The notes under the pieces were generated by a model. It was given only the letters and a program-made list of their open reading frames with translations. It did not search any database and was not told where the DNA came from. A DNA stretch of 64,000 nt from the NCBI RefSeq assembly GCF_963853765.1, contig NC_088856.1, forward strand, positions 42,284,001 through 42,348,000, written 5' to 3'. Made by a program: the position numbers and the translations under genes. Shown here piece by piece: positions 7,560 to 18,800 of this stretch. The DNA comes from Magallana gigas. Taxonomy: Eukaryota. The number at the start of each line of letters is the position of its first letter. Position 1 is the first letter of the stretch.

Positions 7560-10038
7560 TCACCTTCAGCCAACTACGTGCCTTCCCGCTCTTCGTGCAA
7601 GAGCGGGCCTCAGCTGCTTGCTGGTCACAACTTGACTTCTCCGTAGGTTGTCCCTGAACTCTATCATCTACGGAGTGCCTTCCTGCCTCCGTACTTCTAT
7701 CCGGGGTCAGCATGCGCACGGCTCCTGAAAGCCGATTCTCACTGGAAGATCTATTCCGGAACCTAGGTCCTCCGCGGTTCCCCTCTGCTGGATTGGCACC
7801 TCGATTGGGTGGGGGGTGTCTCTCTGCCCCACCTACCCCTCCATCTGACCTACGCCTATTATCCAAAGGGCACTCCCGACGGAAGTGTCCTCTTTCACCG
7901 CACCCGTAGCACAAACTTTCCCTGGGACCCCCACTCTTACTCATAGGTGATGGGGTGGCCTCAAGCTTCCCTCCGGCCTCCCTCAGGGCCATCTCCAGTT
8001 GATACACCCGTCCTCTCAAGTCCTGCACCTCTTTACTCTCTGACAAGGCGGGGGTGTCTCTCTTCTCCCTCAGGGCTTCTTCTAGCTTAGATACACGGCT
8101 CGCAATCTCATCATTAGACTTCCTGTCTGCCTCCACTCCCTCTGACCAAGCGGCCTCCTCTGTCAACTCCCTCACTGTCTTATGCCGGTGAGGCTTGCTG
8201 CGGCGCGAGTGTTGGTAATACTGCATTCTGTCCAATGCCTCCTCGACCGTCTTAGGGCTGCCATCCAGCGCATGCAGGCCAGCGTCAACATCTTCCGCAC
8301 CATAGCATAGGCGGGGGATGGCCTGGGTGTGAATGTCTGGCAACTGGGGGAAAGCTCGTGTGGCTAATGTGAGCACACGATCTGCCCATTCTCTCAGGGA
8401 CTCACCGCTGTTCTGCGTTGCAGACTGGAAATTGAGTTGGTGGGTGAGATCCGGAGCCGAGGTACCAAAGCGCTTGTCAAACTTCTTGAGGGTGTCCTTA
8501 AACCGTGGACGGGGACAGACTTCCAGTAGGAGAGTATAATACTCGCTGGCTGCGCCCTCCAGGAAAAAGCAGAACTGGTCATGTTGCTCGGCCTTGGTCC
8601 ATTGCTGGCTGCGCGAGAGCCTCACGAACTTATGAAGGAACGCCTTCCAGCTGGATTTGCCAACATACCGCAGGTCCTTGTACTTCGGCTTGCTACGGGG
8701 CGCAGGTGGCCTATCGCCGTGACTGCGTAATGTGCGGCGCGAGGTAGTGGTAACAGGGTGGGGCAAGGGCTGGGTAGGTAATGCAAAGGGTGGACGATGT
8801 TGCCGGGTCAGCAAACTGGGCGGCCCAGCGGGGGCCTGGGTTCTCCCGTAATCAGGTGAAAGGTCCCTGGGTGGGGGGCCATTGGGTTGCTGTGGGGCAT
8901 GAGCATGTATGCTAGGATTAAGAAAGTGTACCCCGGTCTCCCTGGGAGAGGACTCGTACATTTGTGGGTAAACCTGAGCTACTCTACCTCCCCCCTCCTG
9001 TCTAAAATAATAAGGCTGGGGCGGCACCACAGGTGCAGGGGCAGGGTAACCAAGGCTGCTAGATGGAGGTACGAACAGGCCCCAGGGGGTGCCATCAGGG
9101 CTAACTACAGTTTGATAGCCCGGGAAGGGGTAGGGCGTGGTATGTGCATAGCCTGGGTCGACATGTGACTGGTGTAATTGCCCCGAGGTGGAAGTCCCCC
9201 CACTAGATGTCACTACAATCTGTCCCTGGGTCGTAGAGGTCTGCGTTGTAGAGCCCTGCACTTGCAAATCAGTGAGCTGGGCCGAACTAGGAGCTACATA
9301 ATTGTTCCCCGGAAACGGATTCGTCAGGACTGAGGAGGCCCCCAGGTGACTGGCATGCTGACCCCCCAAGGGCTGGGGTGCGGGGCCTGTGGCCCCAGCA
9401 GGAGAGGGGTGGGGCTGCTGACCAGGGGTGGGTGGGGAATCGAAGACCAAGGCCTGGGGTGCCAGTGCAGGACTGGCTGAAGATACCGGCTGAGGCAAAA
9501 TAACAGGATCCCTGGACTCAAGTGTAGCCTTAGCACTATGGCCTGGCGGGGATTTCCCAGGGGTAGGGGCCACATAAGAACCGCGTGAAATGGGGTCCCC
9601 ATATATAGCACTGGGTGGGACAAAGTCATAATCCCCCACCGGCGAACTGCATCTTATCACAGACCCCTGACTAACACCTGAATGTACTTCACTAGGGACC
9701 TGAAACTGTGCTGGCCTAATATAACTGGCACCCTGGGTACTACCAACCCCCCTCCCCTGACGGTTGGGCAACGCAGTTTCACCCCGAAGGTACCCCGTAC
9801 TACTCACCGGGGGGTGACTTTCTTCCTCGCTGTCTGAAGCAGAGTACATGTGCGCTTTCACCGATGGTCTAGGAGTGTAAAGGTGCTCATCCTCTTCATC
9901 ACTTAGCCTACCATAACTATGCTTGCGAGACGAGCGCCCAATTTGAACAGAAGGTTCCCCCATGGGCGTTATGGTGTCATCGCTATCACTTTCGCTAAGC
10001 CCTAACGCTGCAAAGGCGTTCTCTAAAGAATCGTTCAT
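7471..10038 (-). CDS. gag: Gag (~855 aa from the first ATG): Pro/Ser-rich N-terminus, capsid domain, CCHC knuckle
   Basis: Open frame; capsid-like YVGKSSWKAFLHKF...FLEGAASEYY; knuckle CYGCGERGHFRREC. Confidence 0.9.
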   Translation of the reverse strand: MNDSLENAFAALGLSESDSDDTITPMGEPSVQIGRSSRKHSYGRLSDEEDEHLYTPRPSVKAHMYSASDSEEESHPPVSSTGYLRGETALPNRQGRGVGSTQGASYIRPAQFQVPSEVHSGVSQGSVIRCSSPVGDYDFVPPSAIYGDPISRGSYVAPTPGKSPPGHSAKATLESRDPVILPQPVSSASPALAPQALVFDSPPTPGQQPHPSPAGATGPAPQPLGGQHASHLGASSVLTNPFPGNNYVAPSSAQLTDLQVQGSTTQTSTTQGQIVVTSSGGTSTSGQLHQSHVDPGYAHTTPYPFPGYQTVVSPDGTPWGLFVPPSSSLGYPAPAPVVPPQPYYFRQEGGGRVAQVYPQMYESSPRETGVHFLNPSIHAHAPQQPNGPPPRDLSPDYGRTQAPAGPPSLLTRQHRPPFALPTQPLPHPVTTTSRRTLRSHGDRPPAPRSKPKYKDLRYVGKSSWKAFLHKFVRLSRSQQWTKAEQHDQFCFFLEGAASEYYTLLLEVCPRPRFKDTLKKFDKRFGTSAPDLTHQLNFQSATQNSGESLREWADRVLTLATRAFPQLPDIHTQAIPRLCYGAEDVDAGLHALDGSPKTVEEALDRMQYYQHSRRSKPHRHKTVRELTEEAAWSEGVEADRKSNDEIASRVSKLEEALREKRDTPALSESKEVQDLRGRVYQLEMALREAGGKLEATPSPMSKSGGPRESLCYGCGERGHFRRECPLDNRRRSDGGVGGAERHPPPNRGANPAEGNRGGPRFRNRSSSENRLSGAVRMLTPDRSTEAGRHSVDDRVQGQPTEKSSCDQQAAEARSCTKSGKARSWLKVRFERSKSPDLFSDDEPVVPGRGFSTPTES

Positions 10039-10327
10039 TTTCAAAATGGCGCACACCGGAGCACGTGGCCAAGACAGAAAAAATAGTGCAAAGATAAATG
10101 CAAAATATAAAAGTATGATGCAAAAACAACGTTGCCTAAACAAATAAAAGAATCCTACTCTAAGCTAACAATACTATCATCGAATGCTATAAGTTCAATA
10201 AGTTTAACCACGCGGAGCCCCCAAAAATGGCGGCTACACACGTTTATTTTGAAAAATTTGACTCAAGAAGAAAAAATTCTGACAGACTACGGGAAAAAAA
10301 TTTTCCTTTCGCTAAATCGGAGTTCGG

Positions 10328-10345
10328 GCCTCGAGTTGGGCGCCA
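10328..10345 (-). promoter_or_regulatory. Primer-binding site, tRNA-Lys(CTT)-like
   Basis: - strand TGGCGCCCAACTCGAGGC 1 nt after the LTR; the first 11 nt match the tRNA-Lys1,2 PBS TGGCGCCCAACGTGGGGC. Confidence 0.8.
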
Positions 10346-10346
10346 A

Positions 10347-10550
10347 TATAGTGTTTTTACACCTATATCATATGTGGGTTGCCCCGAACTTACCGATACA
10401 TAGCTGATTTGGTCTGTATTGGAATACGGCTTGTTCTCGTTCAGGCAGCAGTCCAAAGTGATCGGGGTCTTCGCCACGGGCTCCCGCCAGGTGACGTCAC
10501 AGCCCGTCATCATAGGTAACTCGTCCTTGGAGTAGTCGACAACCACTACA
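10347..10550 (-). repeat. 5' LTR (204 bp)
   Basis: Second LTR copy, followed on the - strand by 1 nt and then the PBS. Confidence 0.96.
10492..10499. promoter_or_regulatory. Palindromic CRE/ATF site in the LTR (also 1636-1643)
   Basis: Exact TGACGTCA in both LTRs; function not demonstrated. Confidence 0.4.
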
Positions 10551-10560
10551 GTCCGTAGTT

Positions 10561-10751
10561 CCACAGGAGTCGGCGATTTTATCAATTTGTTGTAAATAAA
10601 TGAGAAACAAGCAAAATCCTACCAGTGAGCTTCGCGAGCGTAGCGAGCGAAGCGACAGGATGGCAACGAGTTTTCTAGAAGCTCACTGGTAAGATTTTTG
10701 CCTGTTTCTCATTTATTTTCCAGAAATTGATAAAATCGCCGACTCCTGTGG
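10561..10751. mobile_element. Foldback/MITE-like element with ~72-bp imperfect inverted arms
   Basis: CCACAGGAGTCGGCGATTTTATCAATTT...CCAGTGAGCTT versus AAGCTCACTGG...AAATTGATAAAATCGCCGACTCCTGTGG; TAGTT direct repeat on both flanks. Confidence 0.75.
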
Positions 10752-11663
10752 TAGTTCATTCATGTTGAGGATAGGTAAAAGCCTTAAAGAGATTATCCCT
10801 AATTATTAAGTCTACACAATTTCAAAATCAAACAGCTATAAATACCTGTGTTTTGAAACAAAACTTCTTTGCGATAGTAGTGTACTGTTTATATTTTTGT
10901 CTGACTTCCCTGTACAAGTGTCGATGGATTCGGTCAAGACTGGTTTAAATTGAATGTCGATCCCGATCAATATATTAACAGAATTACAGACGATCTTGCT
11001 AAAAGGATTTTAACTTGTTTTTTGAGGAACTTTTTTGTTGGAGAGAGGAAGATGCTCGCACGGCAATTCAATTTTCTCCCACAATATTGCACAAAAGTCA
11101 TACTGTATATATAATATATCATCATTTAATTTTTGTTCACAATAATAAAGTCTTTCTACAAATGTATAATTATGTAGTTTAAAAAAAATCAAATGATTAT
11201 GTCCGTCCCGGGACGTATATACTAACGTACCCATATTTACTAAAGTTCGTAGACGTAGACGTAGACGTAACCTTAGACGTAGCGTACGTTTACGTCTAAA
11301 ACGGTATTCACAAAATGACGTAGACGTAAAATTACGTCATAATCGGACGTAAATCTACGTCTGCTCTATAGGTACGCGTATCTTATCAAACATGGCGGCG
11401 ATTTTGTTTACACTTGCGAGAGAGAAGAGTCTGAGACGTCAGAGAGTTTTCCGGGACCGGACTAACCCCTTAGATGTCTTCTGCGACCGAGAACTGATTT
11501 GCCGTTATCGATTCCCGAGGCGGACCATCGTTGATTTCATTCAGCAGGTGGACAGAAGACTTTCACGACCTACTAACAGGTCTCATCCTTTGCCTGTTTC
11601 ATCTATGGTAAGTAATTTCGCTGATATTGAACCCGATGTATTTCTAGTTGCAGTATAATTTTC

Positions 11664-12020
11664 ACCCAAGCATTTCACCCCCCCCCCCCCAAAAAAAAAT
11701 CCGAATATATACATTCATCACCATGATATTGATATGATAAAACACAATGTTAAACATGCTGTCTGGTTGATTAATTACTGACAAACAATGATTAGTGTCT
11801 TGTACAATTATCAATCATGACCCTTCTTCATCCAACAATTTACCAGGAATCCCAAGCATTTCACCCCCCCCCCCCCTTTTACAAAAAATCCGATATATAT
11901 ATAATCATCAGAATGACATTTATGTGATAAAACACAATCTTGATGTTACACATACTTTTACTGATGAACAATGATCAGTGTCTTTTATGAATACCCATTA
12001 TAACCCCCCCCCCCCTTTTG
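11664..12020. repeat. Degenerate ~185-bp tandem duplication with poly-C runs
   Basis: CCCAAGCATTTCACCCCCCCC...AAAAAATCCGA..TATAT...ATAAAACACAAT occurs at ~11665 and ~11851. Confidence 0.65.
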
Positions 12021-12605
12021 GGCATCAATTTTTTCACAACAGTATGCACGGACCCTCAAACGGAGGGATATTCTTGTTTTACGGGTGAAACTGTGTTAGG
12101 GGTTTTGAAACCTATTTTAAAAATATTATTTGAGATATTTCACATTAATTTTTCAACGAGAATATATTTGCAGATAAAGGATATTGGATGAATATATGAA
12201 ATTTCATTGTTATTATCTGTAACATGTTGTAATGCATTATTATAGACGACAAGGTTCAGTATAAAGGGGTACACAGTAGTTCCACATACGTGAACTTATT
12301 AACAGTTCACAGTTTTACTTCCTAACTTTTAGCGATATGCGTGAAGTCTTGAATACTTCTATCTGGACAATGTTGTGTAATTACATATAACAGGTATATT
12401 CAGTCCAACCTGAGCATATGCGACTGCATACAAATGACAATGAAATTCCACCTACACGTATAATTCTTTTATTTATAAACACACAGAAAATTAATTTATA
12501 ATAAGATGTTTGTTATTTGGACCACAATGCAAAATTCAGGACTTTTGATAATTGTTATTCCTTTGTGTCCTCATTAAAATTACACGGGGTATAGAAATTT
12601 ACAGT

Positions 12606-12639
<34 letters not shown>

Positions 12640-13180
12640 CAACACTAGGCAGGATAAAATCGGCTTCGTTGAGTCACAATACAAAATATCTGGACGTGGT
12701 ATAATACATGTAGATTCTATACAAAAAAATCTGTTTCCCCCTGGATATTCTTATATTTACCAGTATAATCAAGTCCCTTTTCTAACACGATTTTATAGTC
12801 GTGTCACATTCAGCATACATGTACATCAAATTCTAAACCCAATAATCATCCAGGGGCCAAAGTTTAAACAATTTTAAAATATATAAAAATGCTATATAAA
12901 TAAGTAAAAGCATATATAATAACATTTCAGTTTTTGTGAATAATTAATTTGTTTTCCTTTGTACAACGGAATCCCCTTTGTGGCCCCACACTACTCCTAA
13001 AGATTGTGATTTGAACAAATTTGAATCTACACTATCTAATATTCTTTCACAAAATTTACAGCTTTTCTAGGCAAATCTTTTTTAAGAAAAAGATTTAAAG
13101 ATATTTCTCTGTATTCCTATGAAAAAAATTGTCCACCCCCCTTTCCCCCCAATAACCCAATCTTACCCCATGGTAATCAT
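12606..13180 (+). mobile_element. Truncated, decayed Helentron/HINE with one degenerate Cg170-like monomer, in nuclease intron 1
   Basis: Starts ACAAGAGGCCCATGGGCCACATCGCTCACCTGAGC like 27106; monomer remnant GTGGCCCCAC...GATTTGAACAAATTTGAATCTACACTATCT. Confidence 0.75.
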
Positions 13181-15599
13181 TAATTGTCCAAACAACTATT
13201 CTATTGTAGACATTCTGTACCAAAGAAAATTCAAAAACATGTATCTATATTCATTGAAACTTTAATTTAAATTTGAATAAGCAATAACATTAACACACGA
13301 GAATTAATTTTTACAGGTTTTGGCAACTCTTCGAGTTCTGTCCAAAGGAGACTTTCAGTCTGAGGCTGCTGACATACATGGTATTTCTCAACCCTCATTC
13401 AGCAGAATGTTTATGGGAGTCGTTGATGCCCTGAATGCCAGCCTTGACAACATCATTTTTCCGATGGGGCAAGAGGAAATTCTTCGGACAAAGGAGGACT
13501 TTTTGAGGGTGGCAAACTTCCCCAACGTAGTTGGTGCCATTGATGGAACTCTGATTCCAATCATGGGAATGACTGGAGACGATGAGCATGTTTTTGTGTG
13601 CAGGAAAGGGTTTCATGCCATAAACATGCAGGGAATCGTGACCGCTGACCTGAGGTAAATAAAAAATTCTATTTTTAAGTGGACAATCAGTGAAATTACT
13701 ATGTTGGGTCTATAAAACTATCAACATTTTTTTAATTTTTTCCTTATGACTGCATTTATATACCAACATCTCATTTCAGATTTACTAACATCGTTTGCAA
13801 GTATGGGGGTGCCACACATGATGCATACATACTTGCAAACTCGAGCATTCCCGAGATAATGGACCAGCTGCCAGGTGGAGGATGGCTTTTAGGGGACAGT
13901 GGCTACCCCCTTCGTCCATGGCTAATGACTCCTTTCCTCACGCCCCAAGCAGGACAACAGGAGAAGTACAATGCCTGTCACATCAAGACAAGAAACTGCG
14001 TTGAGAGGGCTTTTGGTGTCCAGATTTCGGCAAGTATAAAAAAAATAGATTTCATTCAAATATTAGACTTGCAGAACAGACTCCAAACATAAAGCATATA
14101 AGCAAAATTTCTTACCTGGGTAACACTTCTCTTTTATCTTCTCTTTATTTCTTTAATTTAACTTTTTCCCGAGACTGCACTTCCAATGGGACAACATCGC
14201 TCCCCCAACTGATAATGAGCTTACAATACAGAAAAAGGAGAATTAGATACAGAACACCCAAATCATAAAATTATTTCAAATTCATTTTTTTATAAAATTA
14301 TTTTTAAAACATCACTAACCCATTTACAAATGGGCCATACAAATAGTTGCAAAAACATGCAAAATTCTTTGAAAAAATAGAAAATAATGTTTGGGACTTG
14401 ACAATGCATAAATTTATACTTTCCAACAAACGCATGACTAGGTGACGGATCATAATTCATATCCATGTTATTCAACAATAATATTCTGTTACAGATGTCT
14501 GCACAAAACAGGAGGAGCTTTGGCCTACACCCCTTCAAAATGTGTAAGGATCATCGAATGTTGCTGCCGCCTCCACAACAGGGCCATCGAAGACCGCATT
14601 CCAGCACCAGCAACAGGACAAGTACCCATCTTCTCCGATAATGACACTTTCAATGCTGAAACTATTGTCAATGCAAACGCAGTTAACACCAGAAACATCA
14701 TTGTTAGAAGATTTTAATTATTTAGTGGAATTGTCTGTTTATTTGATATATTTGCCTGTCCAATAGTTAGTAATTTTTGATAAGTAATGTGCAACACCCT
14801 GTTAAATGTAGTTTGATATTTTAATTATTCAAATAAGTGATAATTTTTTTTCTGCTTACAGGTCATTATCTTTGAATTGTACAAAAGTTAGTACGTTAAA
14901 TGTGTTCTAAGATTGATGTTTTCCAATTTGTTATCTAAAAAATCATGTTCTACATTGTCAACTCAATTATGGTAAACGATTTGGTTATTGTTTTAGATTT
15001 GTTTTATTTGATATTTTTAAAGAGAGATATCATTTAAAGCTGCCATCTTACTGTAGAATTGTAATATTCCATTTTTGAATTCTCCATCTAACTGGAACAC
15101 ATACAAAGAAACATTTTTTTGTTAATCCACAGTGTCATTTTCAATTTTTTTTTTTGTAAATCAAAAAATTAATACTGTTCAACACATCAAGATAATGCCA
15201 GAGAATGACTTACTGTACTTTTTAATTTACATTTTATATGCATGTATTATTGTTAAAGTTGTCTTCAGGTGGTACTCTTAAAATACATTTATGAAATATA
15301 TTGAGTCCCTTGAAATTTAGCATGTGTTTATTTGTTATTTGATGAATTTAAAAATGATAAAGTCTATTTTCCAAGACAATTCATTCATGTACTTAATGTT
15401 TTCACATTCTTTAAAATATAAACAAAAATATTGTAGTCCATATGGTGGATAATTATAATAAAATTTAATATAACCAGCAAATTAAAAATGCTGCTTCCAT
15501 ACAAGTAATTGTAATTGTAATAATGGTCAGAAAAGGCAGAACAAGATATCTGTGAGCTTAATTTTCACTAGTAATACCCCGCTCTGATGTGAATATGCA

Positions 15600-15835
15600 A
15601 AATGAGCAAAGTTGACAGAAAGCTGATTGGTACAAAAATAAATCCTAACTTCTGGCATGCCTAAACAAATAGTGTGATACAATTTCAAGCATCTGTGATG
15701 AATAGTTGCTGAAAAACTGTGACAGAAATTACCGTTACTGACAGACAGATGAACAAAAGGACAGTCATGAGACAGACAGACACACAAGGGTAAAACAGTA
15801 TAACCCCTTCTCCTTTGGAGCGGAGGTATAAAAAA
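15600..15835 (+). mobile_element. Helentron/pearl-type 3' end remnant
   Basis: ACAGACAGAC microsatellite then GGGTAAAACAGTATAACCCC...GCGGAGGTATAA terminal hairpin; similar tails at 16560-16640 and 17290-17370. Confidence 0.6.
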
Positions 15836-15888
15836 CATTGGTCTCACAGAGGGTGGAAGTTTCAAGCAAGTATAAATGAAATTACTAA

Positions 15889-18800
15889 TTAAAACTCAGA
15901 CAAAAGATTACAAACAGATTGAACATTTGAAGAAGAAAACAAAGCATAAAAGTTCTTCAAAATCTCGAGCCTCTCTTTTTCAATTTCCAGTCTCTGCTTT
16001 TTGATTGAAAGCTTCTCCTCCTCAATTTCAATGAGGCGCCGAGATCCGTAGCTGTACTCATTAAATGTCTGAGCTTTCCGTTTTCCTTATAAACGGAAAA
16101 TAAATCTTATCTCGATATAGAGTAATGCCAGAACATTTTTTTTTATCTTTTTAAAATCTTAATATAAACTAGAAATTTTTCACATATGTAAGGCAAAATA
16201 GAATTGTGTTTCTGTTTTGTGTTTTTCTTGTTTTCATACCTTTAGAAGTAGACGGTTCTGACAAAGAAGATTCTTCTGTGAAGTTAAAGGAAATTTTAAA
16301 GAAAACTAGCAAGAGGTACCTTGAGTTTGCAAACTTACAAATGATACACCCCGTTAAGAAAATATCATAATTCAAGTAAATTAAGAAATAAACATCATTG
16401 AGAAAAGTTCATTGATGATTTTTTCACATTGCTGTATATTACTTATATTAACATTTGAGAATGGCAAATCCATCAGAATCATTAACATAATGATGATCTT
16501 ACATTTTCAATATTGCAACCATCATGTGTGTGCAATACATGCAATCATTGACATGATTGCACAGACAGGGAACACAGGGAAAGACAGACGGACAAGGAGA
16601 TTCCTATTTAACCCCCAATCTTTGTTTGCAAGGGGTATAATCATATTGGCAGTGTGTATAATTATATCAATCTGATTAAAATCAGATCTGCGATCCTCTC
16701 CGACTAATTCGATGTTGCCACACAAGAGATCTTTGTGTAGCGACATTGAATTTGTTGGAGCGGATCGCAGATCTGATTTTAATCAGATTGATAATTATAT
16801 TTGCTTAAACTAACAATTATAAGCATTTTGATAAATTTTGCACTTTTCTTGGGCAGAATGATAAATTTCAGTTAAATACATGTACCAGTATTTCAAAATG
16901 TTGAATTGTTTAAAGAATACTAAACATAGGATATATACTAACCTTCAGATTGAGAGACAACTGGCACATCACTATTAGTGTCTAGATTTTCAAGTTCTTC
17001 AGCTGGAACTAAAACAAATGTTGTTCTTTATTTATTTATTTAGTCATACTTTTAACCAGAAGCCTCTTGGTTACATTTATTGAATTTTTTTTTATTTACA
17101 ATGCAGAAAAAAGACAATAAACCCAACCTTTGCAGTTAATGAACATAGTCATGCAAAGCTCTTTGATGGATAAAACCTTGAATACTCTAAGTCTTGAAAG
17201 AAGTAATAAGTTGTTTTTCTCCTTCATTATAAATCACTTACTCCTATGGTATAATAATGCAACTCCATATCTTAGAAGACTGATCATGTAGAACAGACAG
17301 ACAAAGAGATGAACAGAGTGCTTCCAAAAAGACCCCCCCCTTCCTAAAACTTCATATGTGGGGGTATAACTACTGTAACTATTCATAGTGATAAACCAAC
17401 ATGATCAATGATAGTGAAGTATCATGGCAACTTATAATCTTACCCTCAGTGACAATAAATGGCTGTATCTCAAGGCAACTTGGTTTTTGGGACATCTGAG
17501 GGGAAGACCTGACTTCACTGGTGTCCACCCCATCCTCAATTCCAGATATGGCTGACTGAGGAATCAACTGCAATATCTAAAATTTTCATGGAGTTAAAAG
17601 TACATATTTCCTTACTATAGTCTGACAATTTACAATTCATTCCATAAAGAAAAAGGAGTTAAAAATAAAGCATCTTGTCAGAAGCATTTGAAAAAAAAAT
17701 CATTTTCATTTCATCTTCATTTTCTTGTAAAGCAAATGATTCATAATTAATAACAATTTTATAAACAATATCATTTAGATTTAAATTGGATTGATGTTGG
17801 AGACAAAACAAGGGAGAAATAAAACAGCATGCAAACATAACACTTATATTAGTTGATACTAGAACTTGGAGACCTACCTTAAAACACTACTTGAAAACAT
17901 ATGCAGTAGTGATGGGATTTGAACCCATTATCTCCTAAGTCAGTTATATACATTTAGGGTACATAAAAGGACAGACAAGGACTTACACAGAACAACATAT
18001 GTTCACGAGAGATTGTCAGTGAAGCATCAATACTGGTTAGTTCATACTTACCCACAATGATCTGTCTTCTCGGACATTTACAAATTTCAAGCATTCTTTC
18101 ACTAAATGACAGAACCTTAGCATGTAGCTAAATATTAATTTTATATCATATTGTCAATTATACCCCCAAAACAATACCATTTGGGCTTTTGTAATTGTTA
18201 AATCAATGGACCAGTACACACAAATTGACACAATAACAGCTTGTCTTTGTATGTTACACCATGGATATCTTCAACTTGAAGTTTATCATTTCATTGTTAC
18301 GGACCTACCTTAATTTCCTTGTAAGGATCACATGTAACAAATTAACATATGAATACAACAGTATGAAATACTTCTTGAAGGTTTGGATTGCCTTTTAACA
18401 CTGTAAAGATTGAAATAGAATAATGGCATGTTCAACAAACTTTCTCCTCCCAAGGCTTCAACATGGGGAGCTGTGAAGGCCCTCCTCCAGTTTGCGTCAA
18501 GTTTTTCCTCCGTTGAGCTTCCTTCTTCTTGACGGCAGACTGCATGTCTTGCCACTTTTTTTTTAATTCCACTACCCCTCTTGTGCACTGCAGACTTACG
18601 GCGTTTACTCTACATATGTGCACAATTGCATATGAAAAGAGCACAAACACTCAGTGTACTTGTACAGGTATTTAGATTAGAAGGTGTTAAAGTATCATGG
18701 TAATAAGTATCAATTGAAATTTCTAAACTCGAAAAAATAACAATAATCAGAGAGTAATGATAGCCATCAATCTCTACCTGCTTTTATTCTGACCAATACT

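Larger units (their letters stand above)
1491..10550 (-). mobile_element. Full-length Ty3/Gypsy LTR retrotransposon (LTR-PBS-gag-pol[PR-RT-RH-IN-PHD]-ORF3-PPT-LTR)
   Basis: Two 204-bp direct repeats (1491-1694, 10347-10550); 4-bp TSD GTCC (1487-1490, 10551-10554); PBS, PPT; Gypsy domain order PR-RT-RNaseH-IN. Confidence 0.97.
11392..14717 (+). pseudogene. Harbinger DDE transposase (HARBI1-like), 4 exons: 11392-11607, 13317-13654, 13780-14029, 14495-14717; frameshift at the end of exon 3
   Basis: Motifs RRQRVFRDR, YRFPR, GAIDGTLIPI, RKGFHAINMQ, HDAYI, LLGDSGYPL, VERAFG, RFRCL, LHN; exon 3 is 250 nt where a multiple of 3 is needed, and restoring 8 nt gives ~344 aa. Confidence 0.85.

Noticed and set aside
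2011-9629. Numerous + strand and alternate-frame ORFs overlapping gag/pol
   Set aside because: Shadow frames of GC-rich coding sequence with no recognisable motifs
9802-9808. Splice from the gag donor CCG|GTGAGT to the 2991 acceptor as a Gag-ORF3 fusion
   Set aside because: The join reads CCG-AGA-TGA, an immediate stop, so it cannot yield a fusion protein in this copy
7471-10143. Gag start at 10143 and TRIM start at 20678 as given by the ORF track
   Set aside because: Non-ATG starts; the first ATG for gag is 10038, and the TRIM ATG (20735) follows a splice acceptor, so the upstream part is intron
17905-17945. B-box-like GGGTTCAAATCCC on the - strand as a tRNA or SINE
   Set aside because: No recognisable remaining cloverleaf or A-box
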